A DNA stretch of 64,000 nucleotides from Macrostomum hystrix (lineage: Eukaryota; Animalia; Platyhelminthes): positions 5,394,001 to 5,458,000 of the forward strand of contig CATNEN010000034.1 of assembly GCA_950097015.1 (NCBI GenBank), given 5' to 3'. The notes beneath the pieces were generated by a model, which saw nothing but the letters and a program-made list of their open reading frames with translations, searched no databases and was not told the DNA's origin. Each line of letters begins with the position of its first letter. Within the stretch, counting starts at the first letter, position 1. Position numbers and translations under genes: made by a program. Positions 12,501-24,100 of the stretch are shown one piece after another.

Positions 12501-12550
12501 ATAAGCCCGATAAGCTTTAGCATTACAGGTTGGCTGGTTGTTGGGAACAT
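9522..12550 (-). CDS. Secreted triple C2-domain protein, paralog C (~417 aa)
   Basis: Exons 12550-12331, 12227-12003, 11460-11302, 11183-10974, 10632-10507, 9957-9760, plus tentative 9718-9685 and 9603-9522 (total 1254 nt, open frame). Hydrophobic leader MLKLIGLITLAHLSAISEA. Exon sizes and phases match the paralogs. Confidence 0.82.
10121..10345. repeat. 52-bp tandem repeat x4.3 with alternating A/B variants, intron 5 of gene C
   Basis: Unit starts at 10124, 10176, 10228, 10280, 10332; ends alternate GAACAGCAA / GAACAACGG. Confidence 0.9.
11578..11923. mobile_element. Foldback MITE (GGG...CCC termini, AATT flanks) in intron 2 of gene C
   Basis: 11609-11704 is an imperfect inverted repeat of 11826-11918; 11745-11822 is a direct copy of 11581-11652; AATT at 11574-11577 and 11924-11927. 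Confidence 0.7.
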
Positions 12551-13613
12551 TCACTGATTTTAATGTTCTGTTTTCTGTTTATGCAAATGCAAAAACTTTA
12601 ACCTGCTTTATTTTGCTCGCTGAAAGCTTTTGTGGAGGGTATTCACATTCACCTACCCATCTTTTGCAATCTAGCTCACCCAAGCAAACCAAGGCCAATC
12701 AAAGATGAGCAAAACTAAGCCTTGAGGCAGTTTCTACTGGCTCGTGACTCGTGATGACTACCGTAACTCTTAGTTACATTGCGGAAATGCTTCCCCAATT
12801 GTGAGTATATTATTTTTAATCTTCGTCTTTTTATGAAATCGGAGAATGCAGCAGGCAGCTTTTTATCAAGTTGCTGCAAACATTGCAAACATTTGTGTTT
12901 TTTAGAGGTCTCATGTATTCAGGGTCTCAGGTATTCAGGGTCTCAGGTATTCAGGAAAAGCAAAAAAAATCTAACTTTCCCACTTGCGAAGCAATTATTT
13001 CCGGGTCAGATTTTTTTCCAGCCAAGCCAGTTTTCACAGTTGCATACCCTTTGAGCTTTTTATTCAGACTCCTACGTTGCAATCATCTCTAGACAATCAT
13101 TTCATCAGAATAAGCCAATCGTGCAACTTTATTGGCAAACAATGTGCAGTAAAATTGCTGTTCTAAATAAAAAATCGGTAATCCTTTTGTCCTCATTCCC
13201 ACTGCAGAGTAGACAGTTTTTACCTATACCTCATTTATAATGAGTGCTTGCCTAAGTATCTATGAGGTTCTACTAGCTATTTAGTTAATGTACCACTACA
13301 AAAATGTCTCGCCGTCAAATTTTTTCCGATTGACTACAGTTGATAAGTTCATTTTCAGAGAGACTTAGACACAGGACTGCTACAAGAGAAGTCTCTCGCT
13401 GCGTAGAGAAATATTTTTGGGCAAATTGCTTTTCTTTGAAAACCAAACTTATCCATTGTGAGACATTTGAGACAGCTGCATTGTTAGTATCTTTGCATGT
13501 GTGCTTGCATTGGAGTTTAGTTAGCTATATTGATTTGCGAAGTCATCTTTTAATTCCTTTCAGAAGCCTTTCAAGTGGAAAATACAATGCTTACCTATCT
13601 GATCCATGCAAGT

Positions 13614-13958
13614 GGGGTGAGTGGCAGAGCGGTTAACGCGTCTACCTCTCGCACCAAGGTCTCGAATCCGAGTCGATGCCTCATTAATTTGGGACGCAGC
13701 CACAAAGAGAAGGCTTGGGGGCTTGTCGTGCGATACGGATACGCCATTGAGCAACAACCTCAAGGCACAGAAAGAGTGCACACTGCCTGACGAGGAGAAA
13801 GTCAGGGCAGATGTACGCGCCTATGTGACTGTGTGCCTGCGTACGGTATCTGTGTGCTTGTGTGCTCAGTAGTCTCAGCAGAATTGCCTCCTCGCTGGAT
13901 GCGGGTCTATTGTAACCAAATGATGTGCCAGCGCCCACAGCCCTCCTGCAATTGTTAT
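13614..13958 (+). mobile_element. SINE family 1
   Basis: GGGGTGAGTGGCAGAGCGGTTAACGCG head; family body; ends CAGCCCTCCTGCA plus AT-rich tail. Confidence 0.9.
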
Positions 13959-14051
13959 ACGTTATATAATAGATTCATTAATCTTCTTACGCAATAAACA
14001 ATGCTTCAATTCGATTAGGCCATAGACTAAAGTCCGGCAGAAGATTTGCAC

Positions 14052-15160
14052 TATAGCTTTGGTCAATCTAAATGATAATTTAGACATTCAAAACGATAAT
14101 GGCTATGTATATAACTATCCTCTAAGTAGCCTCGCCGCTAGAGAACATAGACGTTTGGACAACCAAAACGAGAAAAAGGCATTCAAAATGAGAATGAATT
14201 CAGACACTCAGAAGAAAATTCACCCTTTCGACCATAGACTACAGACAACAAATATGATTAAACTCGGAAGGGAAAGCTGAAAAACTCCCTTGCCTTGCTC
14301 TCCGCCTGTTTGGTTTTCTCTCGCTTCTTTCTTTGCTATTTCTTGTTGCTGTTTTTCAAATGCCCCCACCCATATCTTCAGTCGACAGGCAACGCTTGGT
14401 GTCTGCTATAGAGCAAGGGGCAACACTAGAAGCCGCAGCAGCCATCCTGCAAGTGCCGATTGCAACTGCGGATAGAATTATGCGAGCATATACGCAGGAA
14501 GGAAGGGTTCAGGCGTTACCAAGATGTGGTAAAAATGAGAGCAAATGCAAAGTAGACGAGGAGACGAAGGCCTGCCTTCAGAACAAGCTGGAGCAAAACC
14601 CGTTTTCCACTTTAAGTGACCTGCGCCGACTGCTACATGAAGAGCTCCCACAAAAGCCCCAGTTCGGATGCAAAACTGTGGATAAGGATGCTGCACGGAA
14701 TGATGTATACAGTGAAGCTGGCGACCAAGGGAACAGCCGTGCGCCTGGCAACTAACACCAATGAAAACCTGCAGGCCCGGAGAGAGTTCGCGGATTAATA
14801 GCTATATCTGGATCCTGCAGTTCACACCGTCTACCTTAATGAGACGGGATTCAACCTTTGGTTTAGGCGCTCCCAAGGCCGCTCAATCAAGGGACAGCCA
14901 GTGAGGCGAATCGTAACCTCTCAAAGGGGGCCTAACATCACCGTCTGCAAGGCCATCTCTGCAGATTTTGTCCACTTAACTGTTTGATCGTTAGATTGTT
15001 TTGCCTTCCTAATTCTCGTTTGCCGCTTTCTCATTTTGAATGTCCTTAACTCTATGGCCGAATAGCTGAGCTGCGCGCGGCAGACCCATCCGATAGCATG
15101 AGACCACAGACATTATCGTTTTGAATGTTCAAATTATCATTAAGATTGACAATAGCAATA
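14052..15160 (+). mobile_element. Internally deleted Tc1/IS630-like DNA transposon with ~50-bp TIRs
   Basis: 14052-14101 vs reverse complement of 15111-15160 matches 44/50; TA at both outer ends; inner inverted motif CATTCAAAATGAGAA near 14180 and 15030. Confidence 0.85.
14360..14990 (+). pseudogene. Tc1/IS630-family transposase remnant
   Basis: HTH-like N-terminus (MPPPISSVDRQRLV...ATADRIMRAY), frameshift near 14685, TAA TAG at 14796-14801, then VYLNETGFNLWFRRSQGRSIKGQP..QRGPNITVCKAIS. This is the first DDE motif with D changed to N; the rest is deleted. Confidence 0.85.
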
Positions 15161-15427
15161 CGTAGCAAGAAATTATCCTATTAGAAACTTGTTAAAGTAA
15201 TCTTTCTAGTTGACTAATCCTTTGCATGGTTGCCACTGCTAGTAAACATCTTGGCATCACTGCAACAATTCACTATCAAATCCATGGGTATGTAAGGTGC
15301 CATGTGGCATTCTCTTTCGCTTTCTCACGGTTTGCCTGAACTGATGAGCGTACGAGCGTACACAATGCCATTATTGTCTTACAGCAGTGCCTCGCTTGAG
15401 CAAGCAAGGTCTTAGAAAAATCGATGC

Positions 15428-18214
15428 TCAGATCCATAGTTGCAATTTTCTACTCGTTAGAGAGACTGAAATGAGCACAGGGAGGAGGCCTAGTACAACT
15501 GCCAAGGGACTGCCAAGGGATACAGTCAACAGTGGGGTGTTTAAATCATAGTTGAAGCGCCTTTTGATACCACAAAAAAAGTAAGACAGCTGCATGGAAC
15601 AAGTATTTTGTGAACTTAAAATTTATTTCGCAACCATAATTACTATATACATGTCATTAAAGTCAAATGAAAATACTTTCGCAGCCTCACATCTAGTAAT
15701 TTCAGTGATCTTTGTATTCGTATACTAGACGCAAACACGACACTCACTATAAACTTACCTGATAGCTCACCTGACAGCTCCGTGCACTGTGTAAAGAGCA
15801 CAATATATTAGTTGTTTCGGGTCAGCGCTCACCCACTGTGTAGGTAAGAGTTCCCTGGCCCACCAAGTTGCAGGTGAAAGTGCCCAGCTGCAGGTAAGGC
15901 ACTAGACAGTAGCCAACTAGAGTGTCCGGTACGCTGGATTGTGAAACGTAGGCGAAAACCGAAAGGTTCACCCGCTGGCCAGGGTAGAACCGGGGCTCCA
16001 AAAATTCCATCCACGTTGGATTTAGATTGTCTGAGAGAAAAGCGCCACAGAGAGTGCTCTACAGGATTATTTTTAACTGAAATTTTTCGGCCGTTAAAAA
16101 ATAGAGAGACTCACTCGAAACAATGCTGGAATAGCCACCACAATTCGGATCATACGCTGACGTCACCACTAGTGGGTTTGGATAATTGTTGTTTACAAAA
16201 ATCGGAATATTGACAGCTGACTGTACAGTGACGCTGAATGCACCTGGGGATTTTAATGATGGATCGACACTCCGGTTATCGTGCTGCTAACGTCTATGAC
16301 ACTCGTGCACTAGGCACTTGAGCATTGACTGTATCTTATACTATTCTCCATCGCACAATTACTATGATAAATTTCATTATATCATTTTGAACAGGTCTTT
16401 GGGATCTACCAATGAAAGCCGATTGTTGCGCGTGGCCACTGCTTGCTTAATCTCTCTGCCTATCGTCTCCAATATCCTATATCCTGTCCTATATCTGGCC
16501 ATAGTTTTGGCCATAGACATTTTGAACGTGCAAAACGTGACTAAATAATTGTTGCACGCCTCAACCGTCTATGGGTTAAAGACACCCAACATAAAACAAT
16601 GAAAGTGGAGAATAGCTATAAATCCATCAATGTTTTTGATGTAGGGCGCGAAGCTTCCCTTGTAGCTTAGATATTATCCCTATGGCCTACTGAATGACTG
16701 TTTCGCGTCCTACTATGCGTCTAATACTCGGTGTCTATCACACATCTACACAATTGAGCGTTCTATGGTGGATTTTATCAAGTTAATTGATTGGGATGTG
16801 ATTCAAAATCCCATATTTTCTCACCCTCAGCAGTAGCCGTCACCGCTGAATAATAGAGGGTTCCCCATAGACTAAGAGCGCAGCTCTGGTTGAATCCGGC
16901 AGCCAAGTTCCTGATGCAGTAGCCCAGCTTGATCTTGTTGTAAGCGCCTCCGTTGTTATGAAATATTTCAAATCGTATGTAGCCGCTGGGGTAGCTAGCA
17001 GGCAAATTTCTGTTCCAGATTGGATTTCGTGTGTCTGAAAATGTTTTGCCAAGTATCATTAGACGCTTAGAAAAAAATTAACTAAAATAATGAACACATG
17101 GGATGCATATTACTAAATAATCCGGAAGTAATAAAGTTCCTGAAAAGTTGTGTTTGTACTAATTAAAAACTTATTCAACATACGAGCTGCGAAAACTACA
17201 GAAATAGGAGCTAACGGGAAAAATAATAGCGACGAATGGAGCTCGTGAATGAGGTATCAGGTATGGAAGCTTGTCTGTGCCCCCCTCCGGACATGGCACC
17301 AAAACAAGGTAAGAATAAGTAAGGTAATCAGATTTCACAGATACAGTAGGATCACTTTGTCTATCAAGATCTATTAAACTGTAGGTTTTGGCATATTAGG
17401 TAGAAGCATTGTGACAAATAATAAAGAGGCTTACTATACACGGTTTGGGTCTCCTGTGTCAACAGTTCCGCACAGACTGGCTCCGGAATGGCCCACACGT
17501 ACGGATTCAGGTTGGGAGGTTTGGTATTGCCTAGGTTCGGCAATTCGGCTGCTGAAACTGCTGTGATTGTGTAGTAGCTCAGAAAACTACCTGTTCAGAA
17601 TTCGACAGTAACAGTTTCTTCCTAGAGTTAGCATCGGAAATCCCTATTTTCATGCTCAGATGGATTTCAAAGTTTATAGCAAGAGAAAATCGACCGTGCT
17701 TACTCTGTAGGTAGAATGTGACGTAACCAGTCTTACTGTTGATACCTGGCCTTGTCAGAAGACATTGGTTATAGCCGCTCGAATAGACAGTCACGTTGCA
17801 TTGGCCAATGAGGTCGTCAGCGCTGCCGAAATCATAGTCATAAGCGGAAATCGTGAACTCGCCCGACCCCCAGTCCGGGCTGGTCGGACAATTGTAATTC
17901 CACAGAGCCATGTATATATTGCACCGGGCTGTCAAAGAAAGTGAAATTTAATTTCTTCTTTCTTTCATAGAAAATGTGTTTTTAGATTTATAGAAACTTG
18001 CTCACAATGACTCACATCTGATATAAGGTGTTGTACACAGTACTTGACTACTTTTAGTCACGATCACATATGGATCTGATGATACTGCACCATTGTTGTA
18101 CGTATCGAGGCAGCCTAGCTGTATACCATTGAAAATAACGAGGGCAGCATCCACTGCCGCTGATGCACACTGTGACAGGAGCAGCATTGTGATGACCATC
18201 GACGTCGAAGGCAT
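15428..18214 (-). CDS. Triple C2-domain protein, paralog D (~421 aa), possibly membrane-anchored
   Basis: Exons 18214-18016, 17928-17704, 17590-17435, 17034-16825, 16243-16115, 16030-15833, plus tentative 15786-15771 and 15560-15428 (1266 nt, open frame). Leader MPSTSMVITMLLLSQCASAAVDA; tentative tail contains PLAVVLGLLPVLISVSL. Confidence 0.8.
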
Positions 18215-18798
18215 GTTTCTATGAGAACAGACTGTGCAGTAGGTACCAAATAGAAGTTGAAAACGAGGTCCACTTCTCATTTAAGTGTAGGTGGAATAGG
18301 TATGGCACTGCCCGTTCAAATTTTTTAACTCGTGTTTTTCGTGTTTTTAACTCCAGAAGATAAATCAAACTACTTAACGGCACAAGATGACAGGGAAACC
18401 ACTGAAGGCCTGGCAAAGTATATTATAGAGTACATCTGTATATAATCAGAGTACAGCTGCTCTGAGGCTGATGAAACCATGCAAAAACGCGAATTGCCTA
18501 AATGTTAAAAGAATCTGCTAATTTCTCTCCTTTTGGCATAATTGTTATTGTTATTGTTATTATAGCGATGGTGAGCTCAGTCTGACGTTTGTTTCAATTG
18601 CTTTTGTGTCCGAGAAATCTCACGGACCTAAGCTTGCAGAATAGCAGTTAGCAACATTGGTTACAACTGCTCTTTCTCTTTCAATGATTAAAGCTCACCT
18701 TGTCATCATAAACTAAGAGGATTATTTTTAACAAAAAAAGCTTTCATAGCAACACGCAATTATTAAGAAACGACGCTAAAGTTCCTCATGCCAAAGTG

Positions 18799-18883
18799 AT
18801 TGATACATTGATACATTGATACATTGATACATTGATACATTGATACATTGATACATTGATACATTGATACATTGATACATTGA
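18799..18883. repeat. 8-bp microsatellite (ATTGATAC)n
   Basis: About 10 perfect units. Confidence 0.95.
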
Positions 18884-19880
18884 GCCTAATGCTCAACATT
18901 TGGGCTTATCAACTAGCAAACAAGAACAATAATTGTAGCCACACTTTTATAGCATTCACCAGGCTTAAATGAAGGACTTACCTCGTCGGAAAAATATCAA
19001 GCGCTTCAAATGATCTAGCCGTGTCCTGAGATCCCAAAGGCGCTATTCCATATCCTATATACACAACAACTTTGTGTTGAGCAGTATTTTGGCATTTGTC
19101 TTGCAACATTAGGAGTTATTATATTAGCTGCACATGGGACTAAAGCAGTACCTGATTCGTTGGCTGATACTTAATAATGTTCTCTGTCCTTTCGTCCAAC
19201 CAAGACCATAACTTAAGTCGAGCGACTCAGCAGTCAGTCATTTGGTAGAAAAATAAATCAATATTAGTTGCAAACATGTCCACCGTTCTCTTAAAAAATT
19301 TCTGGCTCAACAGCCAATTAGCAATTCTTTTGTCTTTGAGTCTTTTAAAAAAACATTCTCCTGAGCTCAACCATATTTCAAGTCATCATTGCAGTTCTGC
19401 TGCTCTCGGAATTTTTAATTAGCCTGGCCCTGACCTGGCCGACTGGTAATGATCTGCTGAACTGTTTTTACAGAAAATGGGCTTCTTGTCAAATTTCTAC
19501 AAATGTAGAATTTTTTTTGTTTAGAGCTTAGAAGTAATTTGTATCGCAAACTGAGCAGCAGGGAGACTCAGTACTCAATTCCTACTAATTTTCAGCGAAC
19601 TGTGGCGCAAAGCGTGCTGGCAACAGTATTGAACCTAAAAGATGCAAAAGACCAAGGCGAAGAACACTGGCTTCTCAAACTCGTTGATTCACACTTATTC
19701 GGTATATTGATTTAGTTTGCATTATCTTGAAATTTGCTTTTTTGCACTAAATCGAGTCTTTGTAGTAAATGGGTCATTATGAAAAAAAAACATTACGCGC
19801 GCGTCATCGAAAACACATACTTGCAATACATGGCAAGGCGTAATATAAAACGGAACTTACCTGACTACTAACCAGATCTT

Positions 19881-22800
19881 TCAAGAAAAATGGTGGCTCA
19901 GAGACGGACAGAGAAGGAGAGCGTATCTTCCTGTCTTTCTAAGCATGAGCACAAGAGGTTAAACTTTGCTCACCAACAATGTAGGTGAGGTTGCCCTGAT
20001 TCACGAGGCTGCAGGTGAAGTTGCCCAGCTGCAGGATTGTCACCAGACAATAGCCAGCCGGTGTGTCTGGCGTGTTCATGATCGTGTCATCGTCGTAGAC
20101 TGACAGATTCACCTGCTGTCCGAGCTGAAATCTGGCATCCAATAGTTGGTTCCAGGTGGGATTTAGTGTGTCTGAAACACGAGGATAGGTGTGGTTCACG
20201 TGGTCCGACAAGTATCTATGAGAGCCAATTGTACAAATCACGTGACTTTAGGCTGCTCGAGTCGCAGAGTAAGTACACTTACTTAGGAGGGTATTGGTAT
20301 TGGCTCCACAGTTTGGATCGTAGACTGCTACCACAACCAGAGGGTTGGGTTTGCTGCTGCCAATGAATGCCAAATTAATGGCAAACTGTACCAGAATTTT
20401 GTAAGTACCTGTCGGTGGAATAATGCAGACATCAGGCTGTAACGCGTTACCTCTATGGATAGATGCATTGATGAATTATACCTATCTCTGTGGGGCTACA
20501 CATACAGCCAGTGACACAGCCGGAGTTTTTATGAAGGCTTTTTAGTCCGAGGACTGGCCAGGCCGCCGCACCCACGAAAAGTTATACATCAACTAACGCT
20601 GGTATAGATTTTACAGCTGGGTGATCTGAACAACTAAACAATTATGTGTCTTGCTCAAGGACAGGAATTTCTCAGACTAATAATCTGAAGCACGCAACAA
20701 AGATCTTCTGGTCTGTCTTTCTATCAAGAAAGAAAATACACACGAGCGTAAACTACGAGTATGTGGAAACATTTTGTCGAGACAGCATAAGTTTTAAATT
20801 TGACGGAAACTATGTACAAAAATACGAATCCCGAACCCAAATCCCACCTGGTCTCACCGGAGGTGTCAGACGAGATTGTGAAAGCCAGAAAGCCCCACAT
20901 GCTAAGCGCGCAAGTGTGAACACCTGCCGTCAGGCTCTTGACACAATAGCCTAACCGAACCCTGTTGTAGATGCCTCCATTATTGTGAAACACTTCGAGG
21001 CGCACGAATGCGGAGCTGTTGGTATAGCTGATAGGCAGATTGTAGTTCCAGACTGGATCACTCGTGTCTGTAATGCAGAACGAGACTTTTAGCCAACTAC
21101 TGAGGGAAGGTTCAACAACGATTAAGGAGTATGGAAAAAATTTTTTAAATGTTGGATCAATGCAGCGATCTGGCCGATTTCCCAGTCTCTTTTTCTCTTT
21201 CTCTTTCATTTTTGTGTTGTACCCGTAGCGTTATGCTCTCCGGTCGTGACAGGCTTGATTCACATTTAACCTTGATCAGCGGGTGGCTGAGTGGCAGAGC
21301 GCTTAACGCGTTTGCCTCTCGCACTAAGGTCATTGAGCTCGATTCCGCGGTGAGGCCACATTCATTTGGGGCGCAGCCGCGGAGAGAAGGCTTGTGGCTT
21401 GTCGTGCAATTTACGCCCTTAAGGGGCAACCTCATAGACACAGTGGAAGTGTACACTGCCTGACAATAAGAAAGTCAGGGCAGATGTACACACCCCAGTG
21501 TGAGTGTGTGCCTGCGTACGGTATCTGTACGCATGTGTGCTCAGGAGTTAGTGGAATGGGCAGAACGGCCTCCTCGCTGGCTGTGGGTCTACTGTCACCA
21601 AATGATTTGATAATAATTTTAACCTTGACCAGCAAGAAAATTTTTCTCACCCTCCTCCGCATGTCATTGGCTGACCCGGCCTGACAGTGGTTTTGTTCAC
21701 CCTCCACCGCGGGCCATTGGCTCAGCGGGCCGGTCAGCTTAGTAGCCGGATTTTCTCTGCCCCTTCTAGCCAGCCCAGGTTGTACAACCCTCCAGCTTTG
21801 CATTTCTGCTCCCGTGTGCTATCTCGAGTGTGTGGGCTGCAGAGTCTAGAGCGCTGTTGCTCGTTTCTTAAATCTCTTTCAAAAAAAGAAATAAGCATTG
21901 TGCAGGACATCGCGATGGGGATCAAAAAAGTTCCTTGGTTCCTTTGACGTTTGAATATTATTGCCACACCGCTTCAGGGGTCGAACTGAATGGGTTTTAC
22001 TCGTTGGGCTAAAATGAATCCAGAATTGGTTGACTTCTCGCCAACCATCCTAGCACTCCTAAAGTCTGGAATTGCCGTATAAACTACTGTCTATACGGCA
22101 ATTCTAAACACTAAAAGTTCACATTTTGCATATAAGACAGTATATATTATTAATTATATGGACAGCTTACTTGTGACTGTAGGAGTCTCTTGGGCCAAAG
22201 TTTGAGCACAGGCTGGCACCGGGCTGGCTTGCGCATACGGATCCGTGCCATGAATCTCACCCGGGTCAAGATTTGGTAGGCCACTGGCTGACACAATCGT
22301 TATGGTGTAGTATGCTAGCGGTGCATCTGATAAAGAGAGGACGCTTCTTGATTTAATTGATTCACAAAGGAGATTACAATTTCAATCGCGTTTCGATTCA
22401 CTCCAGCAATTCACTGAACTTTTCGCAAGATTAAAACTTGCAAAAAGTTACGTCGGTTTTAGTATGTTGGACTAGCTATTTCAAACCCCAGAGGGTCCAA
22501 TGCGAGATCTCTTTTTAGATCTCTGATGAAGGCAGATTGAGTTTCATTAACTCAAGCAGAACAGTTTTGCTGAATTATTATTTTATGGTCCCAACTTCTT
22601 TATTGCTAAATTTCAGTAATCGGATAAAATATTGGACTTTTTACTCACTTTCCATATAAAATGTGATAAAACCATGGCTATTGCTGCTGCCGGACTTCAT
22701 CAGCTGGCACTGTATGTACCCGATCAGGTTACCATTGACTGTGCACTCGCCAATGAGCTTGTCAGTGCCAGAATAATCATAGTCGTAGGTGTTGATATTG

Positions 22801-23153
22801 AAGCTGCCTGAATTCCAGGCTGGGCTAATCGGACAGTTGTAATTCCAGAGCGCCTCGATTTGTCGACACTTATCTGGGAAAAATCACCGGAAGTTGCAAT
22901 CTGGGATTGGGTTGGCTGTCGAAATGATTATCTGCGTTGACTTACTAGTTTTGTGAGGTGTTTCGCACAACGCAAAGCCATCCTTCATCACCTTAACGTA
23001 GGGATCAGACGATGTGCCCGAGTTGTCCAAGCAGTCCAATTGGATTCCATTGATAATAACCAGAGCTGCATTAGCCACGGTTAAAAAAATGGGTGAGAAG
23101 TGCAGCAGAAACATGGGCGCCAAAACCATATACATTTTATCGCTGGTGTACAC
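19881..23153 (-). CDS. Secreted triple C2-domain protein, paralog E1 (~390 aa; last exon tentative)
   Basis: Exons 23153-22946, 22873-22649, 22326-22171, 21067-20858, 20408-20283, 20171-19974, plus tentative 19930-19881. Hydrophobic leader MVLAPMFLLHFSPIFLTVANA; [13 protein letters not shown] and YDYDYSGTDKLIG. Confidence 0.82.
20480..20675 (-). mobile_element. SINE family 2, diverged (duplicate at 30403-30598)
   Basis: Reverse complement contains CCTTGAGCAAGACACAT...ATCACCCAGCTGTAAAATCTATACCAGCG and CCAGTCCTCGGACT. Confidence 0.7.
21281..21617 (+). mobile_element. SINE family 1 with 16-bp TSD
   Basis: Flanks TTTAACCTTGATCAGC (21265-21280) and TTTAACCTTGACCAGC (21618-21633); A/B-box head. 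Confidence 0.92.
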
Positions 23154-23564
23154 ATGTGATCCCGGTTCCTCAACTCAGCCTATGAATTATTGGAAATGCA
23201 CATATAATAATTTTAACGATAGAAATTCAAAACATTACAGCATTTACAGTTAGTTCAGTAGTTGCTCAAGAATGCTGAAAATGATTTTCGAGCGTATGAG
23301 TCCATATCCCTCCTTATTGTTCCTGCACTTCTTCCTATCTGGCATTCCATATGGCACAATAGCTTTTTAAAAGCTTTAAAAGGCTATACTTGCCATTAAA
23401 ATTTTAAAGTTCACATTAGACCCACATGCATATTCGTAACTCAGGCTCAAGTCAGAATGGTGATAGGAAGCAGCTGAAACGCAAGCATTAGCAAAACGTA
23501 TGCTCAATAAGGACAGCTCAATAAGTCATAAATCGGCTCAGTGAGGGAGCAATTTGCCTGGCAA

Positions 23565-23715
23565 CGAGAAATTCATGACAGATGCAAATGCACTCGAACG
23601 GATACATGTGCGTGTGTGTAACAGTGCGCTCAATGCATGATTCAGCGAATTGTATAGAATTGACTCCTCGCCGGGTGTGGGTCGACCACATCACCATCAC
23701 CAAACGATGCGCCAG
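23565..23715 (+). mobile_element. Old, degraded 3' half of SINE family 1 (duplicate at 33485-33635)
   Basis: GAGAAATTCATGACAGATG, TGTGCGTGTGTG, GAATTGACTCCTCGCCGG and CACCAAACGATGCGCC resemble the family body. Confidence 0.6.
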
Positions 23716-23749
23716 AGACCAGAGTAACTGCTAAAATAATTTTTTTATG

Positions 23750-24100
23750 AAGCGTTGTGCGCGATACCAAAAAAGTAACGGCGATGGCGGTAACGATCGT
23801 TACTGAACATTTGGTAACGGAAAAGTAAAGTAATGAAGAAGTAAAAAAATAGTCACTATATCGTTACTTTTAATCGGTACTTTCCGTTTTTTTTACTTTT
23901 TTTTCTATAAATCTACTATTTTTACGTAAGCATACCATAAATACATGTAGCTTTGTTTATCGGTCATTGCTCATATCATGTGTTGTAATCTCCAATCTAC
24001 AATTGCTAATAATAGAGTCAAAATTGAATATTATTTACTAGAAATTTTTTTTATTCCTTACCAAATTGGTAACTAGTAACGTGTAACGCGCCCAACACTG
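23750..24100. mobile_element. hAT-type MITE (351 bp)
   Basis: TIRs AAGCGTTGTGCGCGATAC / GTAACGCGCCCAACACTG (14/18); 8-bp TSD TTTTTATG / TTATTATG (7/8); internal GTAAC repeats. Confidence 0.75.
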
